Assembly: GCA_013416795.1 (NCBI GenBank)
Contig: RQSC01000006.1
Span: 1-64,000 of the forward strand
Direction of reading: 5' to 3'
Length of the DNA stretch: 64,000 nucleotides
Source: Prasinococcaceae sp. CCMP 1430
Taxonomy: Eukaryota > Plantae > Prasinodermophyta
Of this stretch, positions 10,501-21,165 are shown one piece after another. Every line of letters begins with the position of its first letter. The first letter of the stretch is position 1. A program made the position numbers and the translations under genes. The notes beneath the pieces were generated by a model. It saw only the letters and a list, made by a program, of their open reading frames with translations. It searched no databases and had not been told where the DNA came from.

Positions 10501-10946
10501 CGTGAAAAGCAACACATCAGCAATGCTGCAAAAGTGGGACGAGGTGCGAGCGCGCGTGCACACGCGCGGGATTGCCTCCGGCCCCCAGAGCAGCGAGTCG
10601 TTAGGCGCGCCTTGTGCGACAATTCTGATGCTGATGATTGCGTGCCCGCGTGTGTGTTGCGGCATTACCATTGCCACTCTTGCAGGTTTCGCACCAGGTC
10701 GGGTGGAGGTCCGCGGAGCATTTGGCTGCGCCCTTGGTGGACGCAGCGCTCTCTCGTGGCAACTACCCCCCTTGGCTTGGGCCCCCCTTGCTTTCGTCGA
10801 TCGAGTGCAATGACGCAGAACTAGCACGCCGGGCCGCTGCAGTCGCAGGCATTGACCTCGACGAGTCCTTTGGCGACAGTCCCCTCAAGTGCAGCCGTCG
10901 TGTGGGAAAATTGCCCAAACCACACGTCGGGTCGACGCAGCCCTAG
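7508..10946 (+). CDS. Berberine-bridge-like FAD-linked oxidase fused to a C-terminal SDR (Rossmann) domain
   Basis: FAD_binding_4 motifs SIRNGGH, VIDMS, GGGCPGVGVAGLVGGGG and VLAYEVVLPNG; BBE-like YVGY...LWG; SDR motifs VVGGTGVVGGATA, LVLSAG, RVVFVTSG and YAAASK. Probable last intron 10544-10697 continues into VGWRSAEHLAAPLV to the stop at 10946. Start unresolved. Confidence 0.82.
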
Positions 10947-11202
10947 CAGTCACACGAGCAGGTGAGAGAGCAAGTGGCGGCGCGTGCCGGCCGGTAATAT
11001 CATTGTATCTATTGTATGCTTCTGCTGGGGTACGCGAGAGAAAGTGACTGCACGCTGGGAATGACACGTGGGATCACCAGAGACGCGCCCGCTGCGTCTC
11101 CGAAACGCATCTGCCAGTGTCCACCGCCCCGGTCGCAGTGGGCACATCGCACGCACATGTATTACGTAGTTCAAGTATGTTATTAGTCCGGTCACTGGCT
11201 AG

Positions 11203-12960
11203 CTAGGGCCTCGGCCTAGCTGCTCGGCCGTTCGCCTTGCTGCTCGAGTCGCTCGCGGCAAGAGACACCAGTGGAAGCTGCAATAGCCCCGCGGTTTCAT
11301 CATCAGCGCTGCTATCATCCTCGAAGGTCGACATTGCAACTGCCGCCTCTTTCTCGTCACCGAGCACCTCGCAATCGCCGTCAGCAGCAGAGATACCGTT
11401 GCGCGACGCCGCACGACTGAGCGCGCGGCCCACTTCGATCCGCTCGGCCGCTCGGTCGCACTCATGCTGCCAGTCGATGCGACAGACCATCACGCACACG
11501 CAAGCGCAGTGGAAAATGGTGCCCAACAACAGGCCACCCGCCAGACCGAGCACGCCCGCATTGGTGCGCCCGAAGGCGAGAGCGTACGCCACCGGCAGGC
11601 CAATCACCCAATAGGCTACAACGACGACGGGCGCGAGGTGGCTCTGCCTTCCAGCCCCGCGAAGGACGCCGGTGAGGATCACCGTCAGGCCATCGAAGAC
11701 AACGTAACCTTTTGGCGCGGTAAGTAGAGGTGCAGGGTCAGACTCAAGCGCAAGGGGCGCGCTGGGCGCGCGCTGCCCGCCTCAGAGCTCGCGCACGTAC
11801 AGGCAAGGATGAGAAACACGCCTGGCAGGAGCTCGCGCACGCCCTCTGAGGCGTTGAAGGCGCCTCCAATACTGTGTCGCAGGGCAGCGACGAGCGCGCC
11901 CACCGACAGCGTCGACACGAGCCCCAGGAGCGCAGCGGTCACGGAGGCCACCTTGGCCGCGTGTGCGTCGCCTTCGCCGAGGCGGTTCCCTACGCGCGCC
12001 GATCCTGCCATGGCAATGCCGATCGGAACCATGAAACACACCGAGTTGCACGTCTGGTTTATCGCCAGGGCGCTCACGGCGTCCTCCGCGTTGGGCAGGT
12101 AGCCACCGGCCAGCACCGCAGCTTCGCTGGCCCACCACTCGCTGATCATGACGACGCTCGGGAGCGCGAGCCTGCCGTACTCTCCCCAGCGCTGCAGCGA
12201 GCGGTACGACCAGCCGAGGAAGCCCTCTCTCGGCCACGTGCGATGAGGAGCGCTGAGCACGTCGCTCACGCGCAGGTAAAGCATGAGGCCGATCGCCGTG
12301 AGCCCCATCGTGCCTGAGTAGCAAGCGGCCGCAGCATCCAGACCGCCGTGCGCGCGAACGACAAGCAGGTAGTTGAGCAGTGGGTGCAAAAGCGCAGCGA
12401 CTGCCGACACGCGCAGCTGCGGCGTCATCACGCGCTGCGCGGTCAGAAACTGCGACACTGCCTGGATGACGGTATACGCGAAGAGGCCAGGCAGCAGCAA
12501 CGCAATGTACCGCCCCGCGGCACTTGCGAGCGCTTCCTCTTGCCCGACCGCCGTGAGTATTGGCCCCGCGTTGAGCCACAGGGCACCGATGGGCGCGCAG
12601 AGCAGCAGCATGACGAGCCAGCCGCGCTGCGCCCAGCGGCCGCATTCCTCGAATTCACGGGCGCCGAAGGCCTGCGAGACCACCGTCGGCAGCGCGTTGG
12701 CAGCGCCCACCACCATCGAGTTCCCCGAGACGTTTGCCAGCGACTGCGCAAGCGAGGCCGCGGCGAGCGCGCTCGCGCCGTTGGCAGCATGCGCGCGCGC
12801 GGCGAAGAGCAGAGACACGACCGTCGTGCAGCGGCTCAGAATCATGGACAGAGACGACTGAGCACACAGAAAGAGCTGCGCGCGGGCCTCCTCGCGCGCC
12901 TCGGCCACGCTCACGCCCAGGAGGAGGCCGCCGCCCGCCTCGCCGAGCTCGCCGCGGGCG
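11203..12960 (-). CDS. MATE family efflux transporter
   Basis: ASLAQSLANVSGNSMVVGAANALPTVVSQAFGA, MISEWWASE, GSARVGNRLG and GVLRGAGRQ. Intron 11709-11800 joins the two ORFs; 5' end uncertain near gap n13091. Confidence 0.92.
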
Positions 12961-13091
12961 GGGGGGCGGCGGCCGCGGCGGCCTCGGAAGGCGAATCGGA
13001 CTCGGGCTCGGACTCGGGCTCGGACGCGGGCGAGGTGGCGCTCGACCTCGACGCGGACCTCGACGACTGGGACGCGGCGCTGAGGGAGGAN

Positions 13092-14231
13092 CGCGGCGGC
13101 GCGCGTGTGCGCGCGGTGGCGCCGCCGCGCACGGGGGAGGAGGTCCTGGCGTCGCTCACGGACCGGCCGGCGCTCGCGGCAGCCGGCGTGGGATCGCTCT
13201 GCCTCGACTACCTGGCCACGGTGGCCACGTTCCCCAAGCCCGACGACAAGGCGCGCGCGTTGCGCGCCGAGGAGCAGGGCGGCGGCAACGCAGCCAACGC
13301 CGCAACGGCACTCGCGCGACTCGGCGTCGACGATGTGAGGCTGCTGGCCAAGCTGGCGGACGACGCGCCGGGAGGGGCGCTCATCGCGGAGCTCGAGCGT
13401 GACGGCGTCTCCACTGACCATGTCGTCGTTGCCAGTGGCTCCTCCAGCCCCTTCACGTACATCCTGGTCGACGCCGAGACGAACACGCGCACTTGCATTC
13501 ACACGGCGGGCGCACCGCTGGAGAGCGAAGAGGTCTCCGATACGGCCATCGCCGCACTGCTCGAGGGCGCCGCGGTCGCGTGGTCCGACGGCAGGCTCAC
13601 CGAGACAGCGCTCAGGGTCGCGCGCGCGGCCAGGCGAGCGGGAGTTCCCATGCTGTGCGAGGGCGAACGCATACGCGAGCCGCAAGCGCAGCTCGACGAG
13701 CTGCTCTCGCTGGCCGACGTCGTGGCGCTCTCGGAGGGCTATGCACGCGCGCGCGCCGCGCTCAAAGGCAGCGGCGACACCGCCGCTTGTGAGGCGCGCG
13801 CTCTGGCGTGGATGGCGTCGGCCTTGCCACGCGCGCGCTGGATCTCACAGTCGCGAGGTGCGCAAGGGGCGTTGCTCATCGAGCGGGCAGACGGCGAGGC
13901 GGGGGTGGACGAGGCCGCCGTCGAGAGTATGGTCACCGCGCTCATCGACGCCGACACGCCATTGCCACGGGCGGGCGAGCTTGCGGTAGCCGAATGCCCC
14001 GATACCGATACGCGCGTATGGCTCGCCCCTGCTGAGCTGCTCTCGGCTGACGAGCTGGTCGACACGACGGGCGCGGGCGACGCGTTCAACGGCGCTCTCG
14101 CCTACTCGCTCGCGCGCGGTTACGCGCCCGAGTGCGCGCTGCCGCTCGCCACCCACGTCGCCGCGCGCGCGTGCGGCGCGCTCGGCGCGCGCGCGGCGCT
14201 CCCCAGGGCGCCCTGTGTGGCAATCGGCTAG
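13092..14231 (+). CDS. PfkB/ribokinase-family carbohydrate kinase (5' end at gap)
   Basis: GGGNAANAATALARLG, FTYILVD and DTTGAGDAFNGA signature motifs. Confidence 0.93.
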   Translation, partial: RGGARVRAVAPPRTGEEVLASLTDRPALAAAGVGSLCLDYLATVATFPKPDDKARALRAEEQGGGNAANAATALARLGVDDVRLLAKLADDAPGGALIAELERDGVSTDHVVVASGSSSPFTYILVDAETNTRTCIHTAGAPLESEEVSDTAIAALLEGAAVAWSDGRLTETALRVARAARRAGVPMLCEGERIREPQAQLDELLSLADVVALSEGYARARAALKGSGDTAACEARALAWMASALPRARWISQSRGAQGALLIERADGEAGVDEAAVESMVTALIDADTPLPRAGELAVAECPDTDTRVWLAPAELLSADELVDTTGAGDAFNGALAYSLARGYAPECALPLATHVAARACGALGARAALPRAPCVAIG

Positions 14232-14573
14232 CTAGAGCTGTTGTGTGGGTGGATGGTGGTGGTGTGTGTGGGGGGGGTGGAGGCGCTAGCTCGCGGGATA
14301 GTCAGGGGGATGCATAGCGGCAGCAATCACTGGCCAGACATTCTTGGATTTAAAAAAAAAACCAGTGTGTGTTGTTGTTGCGGGCCAGCCGCTGCCATAG
14401 CGCGCGCGTCGCGCGGCAGGCCACCCGCGGCGGCGACAGCAGCGGGGGGCTGCTTGGGGTCAGCGAGTCCTGGGCGCGGTCCACGGCGTTGGGCGCGTGC
14501 GTCGCGCCGTTGGGGGCTGGGGACGGCCGCGGCGCGAGAACGCGCTGCACGAGTGTGCGCCGACGCGCTATTT

Positions 14574-16662
14574 GATGCAGCAAAGTCAACAGCCGTCTAT
14601 CTTCCTGCGACCTCCCTCAGATGCGCGGCCACCTGAGGGTAGAGGGACGGAGGGCTTGAAAAGGATGTTGAAGACGAGTGCAGTGATGGCGCTCTTGCTG
14701 GGCGTCCTGTGCGCTTCTTCCACCGTCGACGGGAAAGGTGATGTTGCTGCGCGCGCTCAGGGCGCACATGCCTCCCCCGGCCTGTGCCTGCGAGGGCACC
14801 GCCGCGGCGTGGCGGTCGATCAAGTCACGGTCCTGGGGCAGGTTGACAGAGACGAGGTGGCCGCCGCTGTGGTTGAGGAGGAAAAGGATGCTGCGGCTGC
14901 GGGGCAACGAGCCCACCGTTCTCCGAAGGAATTGACTAACCCGTCGGTGGTCGCTGTGCCGAAGTGGGTGCCGATAGCGCATCGGGCACACCCGCTCGCG
15001 CGATACTACATGTATTTTGCTCACCACCACCAATTGACCTCAGATACTGGCATCATGTGCGCGTGGGCGGAGCGTCCATCGGGCCCCTGGGTGCTACTCG
15101 ATCGCGGCGCGGGGGTCGGGCGTGGCGTGGTGCTCTCGCTTGCTGGTGCGAGGTCATTTTCGTCAAACGCATCGGATGCCAGGTCGTGGCAACCGGCACC
15201 GACGGAGGGCCAAAGGGGCGCGTGCGATGGCATCACCGAGGGCCTGGAGCTGAAAGCGACGTGGCACATTGCCTCTCCGCACGTCGTCGTTGACCACGCG
15301 CGCCGCCGCTTCATAATGCGCTTTCATGCAGGCACCATCCAGTACGGGCGGCCCAACGAGACGAAGCGGAGATGGACGATGGTACCTTCTTGCTCGGCTG
15401 GCGAGAGTGAGTACGTTCCGCATGGTGGGCATGGGGGCGGCCACCAGTGTACCCTGGAGGCGAGCAGTGCGGACGGCCTCGACTTTAATTATCAGGTGCA
15501 TCGCCAAGTCTTGGGACCATTTTACTTTTGGTCCGTGGACGGCATCCCCGGATCCCCGGGCGAGCTCGCGCTCGTGAAGGGAGGATTCTTACTTGCGCCA
15601 AACAACGCCTCGACTTCTGCCGAAGGCACGCCGACACTGCGGGAGTGTTTCTTGCCGTCGTTTCACCTCGCACACTCTGATCACATCATTGGCGGTCACG
15701 ACCTCCAACGACACGTGGCGGCGCGCCATGTCGCGGCGATGCCACTCGAGCAGATTCGCCAGGCTCGGCTGCCACCGGACTTGTGGAGCAATGTCCCTGG
15801 GAACGCCACCACAGTCGAGGATATCGAGGATCAGCTGGGAGCTCGGGTGATATCACACGCACCTGTGGGCGTGGACGGCTCGGCCCGCCCACTGGTGGGC
15901 GTTTTCTTCTCGCTGCAAATGGTCTCCGAGGAAGCGATCCTCTATTCTGTTATACGCCTGGCACCGCTGCGAGCAGAGCCTCCTTGGGAACCGCATGGTG
16001 CGTGTACCGGTTGTTTCATAGTCACGCGATGCTCTTGCGCTTCGGCTTTGCAGATGCTTGTATGACACGGGGGCGCTGACTATTCGCTGGCTATTCGCCC
16101 TCCGCGCGTGCGCGCCCATGCCGATCGACCGCCGCGAACATGAATAGAGGTAGTGGTACCACCATACGAGATCCTTGCGGCGAGGGAGGGGTACGAAGGC
16201 GGCCGCGAGAAGCCTCCGAAAGGGCTGTCAACGAGAGGGAGCGCAAAGCAGGGTCACGAGGTGCGTTGCTACGTAGCAGTGGCACAAGACGCCAGACGCG
16301 GCCCAGCTCCATGTCGCCCGCGTGCAGCGTCAGAGAGCGCGTCGCTGCACGCGACCTGCATTTTCCCTCCCCTCTCCGCGACTGCGCCGGCTGCATGTTG
16401 ACAGCGATCGGCGCGCGCACGTTGGTGCTTGATGGCCGTGCAGCTGCGCGATCCCTCCCCGTTCTATGATGTCCACACGGGAGACCTGTGGTTGTACTAT
16501 GTCGGGCGCGGTGAGAGATCGATCGAGGTCGCCAGGCTGGAATTGGTCGGCTGCGACACGATCGACCGCCAGGAACGCATCAGGCGGTCGAGCCGCTTTC
16601 TCGGCGCGATGGGATTCCCACCCCTCGCCGTCGCGCGGGGAGGGCGGGCACACGGACGATGA
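14574..16662 (+). CDS. Secreted or membrane-anchored five-bladed beta-propeller glycoside-hydrolase-like protein (bacterial-type)
   Basis: Hydrophobic N-terminus; motifs NPSVV, YYMYFAHHH, ERPSGPW, HIASPHVVVD, SSADGLDF and VFFS. Introns 15998-16147 and 16261-16443 join ILAAREGYEGG...GHE to LRDPSPFY...LYYVGRGERSIEVARL. Confidence 0.7.
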
Positions 16663-16970
16663 CCGCGCCGCGGCCCACGTCCACGGCGCTCGCTCCCCCC
16701 CCCCTTCCACCACGCGCGGTCGTGGCGCTCGTCGCGTCGCCTCGCCTCGTCACCATCCATCCCCGGAGCCAGTGCTCGCCGGCGGGACCGACCGCGAACT
16801 CCGGCGGACATCTTTAGGGTGAGTCTTCAGCTCCACCTCACGTGACCCCAGGAGGGTTCTAACTATTACGAACCCTGAAACCACACCTGACCCTATATTC
16901 GCCGCATCCCCGTCATGAACGGCTTGCTACCTGCCCTGCAAACAGCCCGAGCGCAGCTGCGCTGGCGAAC

Positions 16971-17041
16971 AAACCCTAATTCGAGGCTCGCCGTCGGCGG
17001 CGCACTTCGAGCAGCATGACGATTGGCGAGGCGCGCCAAAA
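16971..17041 (+). promoter_or_regulatory. Telo-box-like AAACCCTAA and E2F-like GCGCGCCAAAA upstream of the Fe-ADH-like gene
   Basis: AAACCCTAA at 16971-16979; GCGCGCCAAAA (reverse complement TTTTGGCGCGC) at 17031-17041. Motif match only. Confidence 0.35.
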
Positions 17042-17193
17042 GACGGTGTGGCGCGGCTTCTCCGTGGTTTAGGAGCCACTAGAAATGCTTTGATATATGG
17101 AGATGATTTTCGCGGAAGGAATTTCGGAGGGGTGGTTTCCGTCCCGACGGCACGCCCAAAAGCGCGCGCCCGCGTGGCGGCGGCGCGCGCGCG

Positions 17194-18738
17194 TTGCGTG
17201 CGTGCGCGGGTGCTGCGTGGGGGTGGTGGTGCCACACGGCGCGCTCGTGGGGGCGCGGAGCGGCGGCGGCGGCGGCGGTGGCGACCGACGGCGCGGGGTC
17301 GGCCCTCGAAGCCGCGACGGCACTGCCGCAGGACATCGCAGAGCTCAGCGTGTCGACGCTCGCGTCGTGCGGCGGCAAGGTCTCGTTCGGCCGTGGCGCC
17401 GCGACGGCGCTCATCAGCGAGTCCGTCGCATCGCTCGCTGCGCGGGGCGGTGCGGGCGCTGGCGGGGGGGAGGACACGCGTGTGCTCGTGGTGGCGGGGA
17501 AGGCAGATCGCTTCGCGAGCCGCGTGCAGGAGGAGCTGCTGCGCACGGGCGTCACCTCAGCCGTCTTCCACGTGGAAGACGAACCCTCCGCTGAAACAGT
17601 GCACGCGGTCGTCAAGGCGGCGGCCGACGTGCACGGCGGGCAGGCCGACGTCGTCGTTGGGGTTGGCGGCGGCGCTGCGATCGACGCAGCCAAGGCAGCA
17701 GGTACGCACGCACACGCTCACACGCACACATTACCGCTCACGCGTGCCACCGCCTCTGCGGGAACCCCTGCTCGCGGCGCTGACGCCATCTCTCTCTCGC
17801 ACAAACCCAAACCGACGACGACGGCACGCGCAGCGGCTCTGCTCGGAAATGGCGGCACGGAGGCGACTGCGTACGACTTCCTCTCGGGCGCCGACGGCCG
17901 CGGCCTGTCGCTTAGCCGTGCGTCGGTGCCATGCCTGGCGATCCCGACGACTGCATCGAGCGGCGCGGAGGCGACGGGCTCGGCCGTGCTGGGCGTCGGC
18001 GGTGACGACGGCGGCAAGGCGGTGATGCGCGCGGACGCGCTCGTGCCCGAGGTGGCGCTGGTAGACCCCGAGCTCACGTACGGCCTTCCTGAGGATCTGA
18101 CGGCTTCTGGGGGCGCCGCTGCGCTCGTGCGCTGCATCGAGGCGTACGTGGCGGGCGGCGATGGCGCGACATCGCTCACCGAGCCGCTCGCTCTCGCGGG
18201 CATCGAGCTCGGCGCCAGGTCGCTGCGGAGAGCGGTGCGAGGCGCCGCCACAGGGGTGGAGGACGAGGAGGCGCGCGAGGAAATGGCACTGTGTGCGCTC
18301 TACGCAGGGCTGGCGGGCGATAACGCGCCGCTCGGCGCCTCCCACGCGCTGGCGCGCGTGCTCGGCGGCATGCTGGGCGCGCCGCACGCGTCGCTTGCCG
18401 CCGCGCTCGCGCCGCTGTGCACGTACCAGGCCATGAAGCTGGCGCACACACGGATCGTGGACTTCGATGTGAAGGACTGCACGGCGGAGGAGGCGCTCAT
18501 GCGGCGCTACAAGCGCGTGGCCTTTGCGCTCACCGGCAACGAGAGCGCCTCGGAGGCTGACGGCGCCGGGGAGCTGTATGACCTCATCGACGACATGCCC
18601 ATCCCCACGCTGCGAGAGATGGGCCTCACGCGTGACATGTTCCCCGACGTCATCGAACAGGCCATGCAGACCGGCGCCATGGGCGCCATGACCGAGGACG
18701 ACCTCGCGCTCCTGCTCAAGGCATCCTTGTTCAGCTGA
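17194..18738 (+). CDS. Iron-containing alcohol dehydrogenase-family protein with degenerate metal site
   Basis: VGVGGGAAIDAAK, IPTTASSGAEAT, ALVDPELT and LGASHALARVLGG...PHA; intron 17702-17833. No clear in-frame ATG at the 5' end. Confidence 0.88.
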   Translation: MRACAGAAWGWWCHTARSWGRGAAAAAAVATDGAGSALEAATALPQDIAELSVSTLASCGGKVSFGRGAATALISESVASLAARGGAGAGGGEDTRVLVVAGKADRFASRVQEELLRTGVTSAVFHVEDEPSAETVHAVVKAAADVHGGQADVVVGVGGGAAIDAAKAAGTHAHAHTHTLPLTRATASAGTPARGADAISLSHKPKPTTTARAAALLGNGGTEATAYDFLSGADGRGLSLSRASVPCLAIPTTASSGAEATGSAVLGVGGDDGGKAVMRADALVPEVALVDPELTYGLPEDLTASGGAAALVRCIEAYVAGGDGATSLTEPLALAGIELGARSLRRAVRGAATGVEDEEAREEMALCALYAGLAGDNAPLGASHALARVLGGMLGAPHASLAAALAPLCTYQAMKLAHTRIVDFDVKDCTAEEALMRRYKRVAFALTGNESASEADGAGELYDLIDDMPIPTLREMGLTRDMFPDVIEQAMQTGAMGAMTEDDLALLLKASLFS

Positions 18739-18851
18739 AGTTGGAAGAAGTAGGGTGGGTGGGGTGGGGTGGGGCCGATCACAGGATAAAACACACATTC
18801 ACGCGCATATTATACTGCGTCGGCAGAGCCTACCTCCCTCGCCGCTCATTC

Positions 18852-19960
18852 TTACGAGGACTCGCCAGCCCCACGCTCGCGCTCGCTCCACCATGCGCTC
18901 AGCGACGCGCCTTGTGTCGAGTTGATCTTGACCAGAGGGCGCACGCGCTGCATGACGCTTTCGGCCTCCTCGGGTGACTGCACGAGCCCCTGCGCCAGCA
19001 TGCACGCTGCGAGCACCGTAGCGCTGCGGCCGTGGCCGTTTGCGCAGTGCACGAGCACTTCCCTGCCCGCCGCACGCTGCTCAGCCGCCCATTCCACCGC
19101 CTCGTCGAGCTGCGCCACGGTGGGCGCGCCGCAGTCATACACGGGCAAGCACAGATACGCGGGGCAATCCCACATGCGGCGCGGCAGCTCAGCGGTGCAG
19201 TCGAGCAACGCCGGCCGCGGCGGGCCGGTGTGCTCCTCCTCCTGCTCGAGGAGGGGCTCGGCGAGCGCACCGCCCTCGCTCGAGTCGGACGAGCCCGCGT
19301 TCCTTCGCCGGCCCAGCCCGGTGCCGCCGGGTTTGGCCGTCGCCTGACGCTGCCGCCCCGCCTCGTCCTGCGTGCCCTCCAGCGGCGGCGCGGGATTTTT
19401 CCCGCCAGGAGTGGCGTCGGCGCTGCTGGGCCACCCGCCTATGTACCAACCCTCTGCCACCTTGGTGAAGACGGGCTCCTGGTGGCGCCTGCGCCGCACC
19501 TCGCGCTTGAAGAGGTAGTACCTCGGCACGAGGATGTGCCACTGTGCGGGCAACCCGCCGTGCGAGCGCAGAACACGTCAGTGCCGAGGGCTCCACATGC
19601 GCGCAGGCAGCGAGGTTGGATGCGCGCAGGGGCGCCTGCAGGGTTTGACGCAGGGCGATGCGGCATGCACATGCGCAGAGCGTCCCTCGCGACGCTCACC
19701 TGCGCGAAGAGCGGGTAGCTCCACCATGAGAAGCTGCCGTCGGGCCGCTTCCCCATCCACGCAACGCTGCGCGGCCCCGAGCACGTTGCGGCGGCCACGG
19801 TCGCCGTTACCCATGTTGTGTGTGCCATTAGCAGCTTAAGCGCCATCGGCACGGCGTTTACGCGCCACACGGTGGCGGTCGCGACGGCTTCGCCCGCCGC
19901 CACCGCCGCCAGGATCTTGGTGAGCTTGCTCGTGCTGCCTCGGCGCTCCTGCGCGGCGAA
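18852..19960 (-). CDS. Dual-specificity phosphatase with membrane-associated N-terminus (YnbD-like)
   Basis: Catalytic loop VHCANGHGRS; GWYIGGWP, LDCTAELP and LPVYD; N-terminal GKRPDGSFSWWS; intron 19542-19699. First in-frame ATG at ~19846; true start uncertain. Confidence 0.88.
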
Positions 19961-20006
19961 CGCCCCGCCGCGCACAGCCGCGCGGCGCGGCCGCAGCTGC
20001 TGTGCG

Positions 20007-20945
20007 ATGTGCTCCACCGCGGCGGCGAGCGCCCGCTCGCTCTCCCAACCTCTCTTTGGAGCGCTCGACCCGCTCGAGGCGCTCCGAGAGCGTCTGGCGC
20101 GCGCTGTGCCCACCCCCCGCTCGCGCTCAACACCCCGCTCGAGAACTTTCGAGTTCACTAATTTTGGCAGTTTCGGCGAGGACGAGAGACGCGCCAGTGC
20201 GGGCGCCACACCAAGCGGGGTCCTGACGGAAGGACTCCGCCAGCCGGCCGGAGCGGCGGCGATGGGCGACGGGGCGGACGCGGGAGGCGGAGGCCGGTCC
20301 GTCGCCGCGCTGCTCGCGCGCGTGGACGCGCTGACAGCCGAGGACGGTCGCCTCAAGGCCGCTGAGGCTGCCGCCTCGAAGAGGAAGGCCGACGCCGAGC
20401 GGCGGGTCGAGGCTGCGCGCACTGAGACAGAGGAACTCAGGCGGCTCTCCGCCGAGGACACAGCGGCGGCGGAGGAGGGGCGCGAGCGCGCTGCGGCGGC
20501 TGTCGCGGCCCTGGAGGCCGCAAGGTCGTTCGCTGATGCGCTCGAGTCGCGCCGCGCTGAGGCATCCAAAGCCGCGACAAACGCGTGTGAGGCGCTGCGG
20601 CAGGAGAAGAGAAGGCAGATTGAGATGCTCGAGGCTTGGCAGCGTGACACCTTGAGGGATGGCCCTCGGATCCATGCGGCATCTGCACCCTCCGCACCCT
20701 TGGGTGACGCCACGGCGCGCGCGTGCGGCGCGACGGTCGCGTCCTCCCCAACGATGCCCGCATCGACGGTGCGCCGAGCGAATGAATTGGCGGTGCTGGC
20801 AAACAAGCTGACGGCTCTCCGTGTGCTCCTCAAGGAGCTAGGGGCCGAGCTTCAGGCACTTGCCGACCACAACGAGCTGCTCGAATGCGCGCTGCTGGAA
20901 CAGCGCGAGGTGCGCCGCACCTCCGGCACTGCTGTCCATGTTTAG
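20007..20945 (+). CDS. Coiled-coil protein, unknown function
   Basis: ATG at 20007 in ORF 19818..20945; E/A/R-rich helical segments such as ELAVLANKLTALRVLLKELGAELQALADHNELLE. Confidence 0.65.
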   Translation: MCSTAAASARSLSQPLFGALDPLEALRERLARAVPTPRSRSTPRSRTFEFTNFGSFGEDERRASAGATPSGVLTEGLRQPAGAAAMGDGADAGGGGRSVAALLARVDALTAEDGRLKAAEAAASKRKADAERRVEAARTETEELRRLSAEDTAAAEEGRERAAAAVAALEAARSFADALESRRAEASKAATNACEALRQEKRRQIEMLEAWQRDTLRDGPRIHAASAPSAPLGDATARACGATVASSPTMPASTVRRANELAVLANKLTALRVLLKELGAELQALADHNELLECALLEQREVRRTSGTAVHV

Positions 20946-21165
20946 GACAACGCGGCGCCACTGTCGCAGGCCTGCACGCGCACAGATAGAAAAGATGCCG
21001 CGGAGTGGAGCGCGCGCACAGACCTGCACGCTTCGGAGCATTCGCAGCCACGAATGGCCAGTCAATTTACAAGCGGAAAATCGTCCTCGCATCTCAATCC
21101 ATCGGGCGGCGTTGCCCTCGCCCTAGGGGCACCACCGCGTGTTCGCCCGCGTCGGGCCGATCCGG

